NCBI GenBank assembly: GCA_963786955.1
Contig: CAWBAT010000005.1
Location: 256,001 to 320,000 of the forward strand
DNA from: an uncultured Acidimicrobiia bacterium
Lineage (GTDB): Bacteria > Acidobacteriota > Terriglobia > Versatilivoradales > Versatilivoraceae
Length of the DNA: 64,000 nucleotides
Direction: 5' to 3'
Position 1 is the first letter of the stretch. Each line of letters starts with the position of its first letter. A program made the position numbers and the translations under genes. The notes under the pieces were generated by a model. That model did not search any database. It saw only the letters and a program-made list of their open reading frames with translations, and was not told the DNA's origin. Shown one piece after another: positions 62,339 through 64,000 of the stretch.

Positions 62339-62680
62339 ATGTTTGAAGACAAGAGACGTCAAAAGAGGGTCTGCGTTAGTCTCCCGATTCGAGTAAAATG
62401 GTCTGACAACAAAGGCAATCGATTTGAAGAAGTAACCCGATCCATCGATGTCAGTGCCGACGGGGCACTTTTCCCCTTGAAGGTTCGCCTCACAGCGGGA
62501 ACTCTACTGGAGTTGTCATTACCCTTGCCAAGAAATTTTCAGAAGTCAGCCTACCCAAAACCAGTTTACGAAACCACCGGACTGGTGGTCCGAGTCGAAC
62601 AAACTGGCGATCCGAATAGCTACCGCATTGCTGTTCGTTTCCGGGCCGTGAATGTCAAACAGTACCGCGCCGAATCATAG
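62339..62680 (+). CDS. PilZ domain protein
   Basis: RRQKR and DVSADG; GGAG RBS. Confidence 0.88.
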   Translation: MFEDKRRQKRVCVSLPIRVKWSDNKGNRFEEVTRSIDVSADGALFPLKVRLTAGTLLELSLPLPRNFQKSAYPKPVYETTGLVVRVEQTGDPNSYRIAVRFRAVNVKQYRAES

Positions 62681-62701
62681 GACCCCCGCCTCAGACAAAA
62701 C

Positions 62702-63652
62702 TCACTGCTTTTTTACTGCTGGCTGATATTTTTTCTCTCCGGCAGGAATCGGAACCTTCAACCAGTTCTGCAAAGGCGGGATCTGGCAGGTACTGTACTT
62801 TGTGTAAGCGCAATAGGGGTTATGGGATTGGTTAAAATCAAGGATCACCTTCCCTGCTGATGGTAAGTCAGCGTAAAGGTAGCGCCCCGCTTCGTAAGTC
62901 TGGTTCCCGTTCGTTTTATCCTTAAACATGAAGAAGAGTTTGTCTGCGTCAGGGGATTCAAGGACCGGTTCCAACTGCAAGGATTTCCCTTGCAGGCTAA
63001 ACCGAACGACACCGGGACACTCCAATTCTTCAACTTGACCGAGGACATTGGCGACCTGAATTTTCTTGGGAGGATGATACGGGGAAAACCTTCCGACGAC
63101 ACGAAAGGCAGAGTTAATTTGGAAAAATGCCAATCCATGGTAGTTCAGCAAGGCTGGATTTTTGGAATAGGAGATGCGAAGTCCCAGCCGGTCTCCACGC
63201 TTGATCATCTTCATCCGCAGTTCCCCCACGCTGAGAAGGTCAGGAACGGCGCCGGATGCATCACTCTGCAAATCCCGGGTTGTGATGCGGGAACCCCGAA
63301 ACAGAACGATGGCGCCTGGGTCCGACTCAAAATGGACCCGATCGGATTTGAGGAACAATCGTCCGACCTTGGCTGGAGCGCTTCCCGGCGGCAGAATGAT
63401 TTGATTGGAGGGCTCAGTCCCTAGAGTATTCTCCCCGGGCTTCAACCAAAAAAGACCCGCCAAAGCCAGAGGACTTTCCTCCGATCTCATCCATTGGTCT
63501 CTTTCCTTTTGGTAGCGAAAGGATTGTGGGTCGGAAGAATTTAATAGGGATTGTGTCCGTCTGGTCTCAGGCACGAAACACCCACACAAGAAGACAATTA
63601 AAATAAACCTTTCCCCGAACCCCAGCCTTAACCTTCGAAAACGATCATTCAT
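62702..63652 (-). CDS. DUF1684 domain protein
   Basis: LAGLFWL, FKDKTNGNQTYEAGRYL, DFNQSHNPYCAY..C.IP..QN.L...AGEK. Confidence 0.9.
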   Translation of the reverse strand: MNDRFRRLRLGFGERFILIVFLCGCFVPETRRTQSLLNSSDPQSFRYQKERDQWMRSEESPLALAGLFWLKPGENTLGTEPSNQIILPPGSAPAKVGRLFLKSDRVHFESDPGAIVLFRGSRITTRDLQSDASGAVPDLLSVGELRMKMIKRGDRLGLRISYSKNPALLNYHGLAFFQINSAFRVVGRFSPYHPPKKIQVANVLGQVEELECPGVVRFSLQGKSLQLEPVLESPDADKLFFMFKDKTNGNQTYEAGRYLYADLPSAGKVILDFNQSHNPYCAYTKYSTCQIPPLQNWLKVPIPAGEKKYQPAVKKQ

Positions 63653-63892
63653 TCCAACTTCCTCTAATGCGTGTCCGATGGGAATGATGCATCCCGTTCC
63701 GTTTCCGTTTCAGCTGCATTACTCCCACAACTCTAGGACGCAAAATTCCGAAACGCAGCAGGCTACTTTCTGGGGCGAATTCTATCATGGCGGGCAAAAT
63801 TCGGTGCGAACAGCGGGGAGAACCAAGTAAGATAGTTGACGAGCGGGGCGCCTGTCCTGCCTAGAAACTGGATAGAAAAGGAAATTCCTTTC

Positions 63893-64000
63893 ATGCACAT
63901 TGAAACTTTAGCCATCCATGCGGGATTAGCCGTGGAAGCAGGCACGGGAGCTCTTACTCCTTCGATCCACTTATCCACTACTTTTGAAAGAGACTCGGAC
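63893..64000 (+). CDS. Cys/Met metabolism PLP-dependent enzyme (cystathionine gamma-synthase/lyase family), 5' fragment
   Basis: MHIETLAIHAG...TGALTPSIHLSTTFERD; runs off the right edge. Confidence 0.82.
   Translation, partial: MHIETLAIHAGLAVEAGTGALTPSIHLSTTFERDSD

Noticed and set aside
63730-63770. GGACGCAAA resembling a c-di-GMP-I riboswitch
   Set aside because: No upstream GGCAAA-stem-GAAA tetraloop module.
63781-63836. Possible SAM-I riboswitch ahead of the Cys/Met gene (CTATC...GATAG P1-like pairing)
   Set aside because: Too short, and lacks the P2 kink-turn and GCAACC core.

Overview
Bacterial chromosomal segment, most likely Acidobacteriota. This is inferred from a TonB-dependent receptor with an N-terminal carboxypeptidase-regulatory-like domain, a TPR gene cluster, and GMC oxidoreductase / Tat gluconate-2-DH subunit-3 pairs. 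It holds about 45 protein genes: carbohydrate enzymes (GH31, a six-hairpin GH), an acyl-ACP desaturase, two MFS transporters, an RND efflux operon, citrate synthase, an isocitrate/isopropylmalate dehydrogenase, ABC permeases, ackA, hbd, a dCMP deaminase, carAB, lepB, a nitrilase-family amidase, a PHP protein, two PilZ proteins and a partial trans-sulfuration gene. I found no rRNA, tRNA or CRISPR array. Two things stand out. (1) An unannotated 19-aa Lys/Ala micro-protein (MATAKKAAKKPAKKAAKKK) with a perfect Shine-Dalgarno site and its own terminator, lying downstream of a ribbon-helix-helix regulator that has a strong sigma70 promoter and candidate operator repeats. (2) Many intergenic spaces hold a mosaic of REP/REPIN-like hairpin families, some nested inside each other, including two relics of an IS200/IS605-type Y1 transposase and one repeat that supplies a gene's C-terminus and stop codon. 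Two single-base frameshifts and one in-frame TGA interrupt otherwise intact genes. All family assignments come from motif recognition by eye; no database searches were run.
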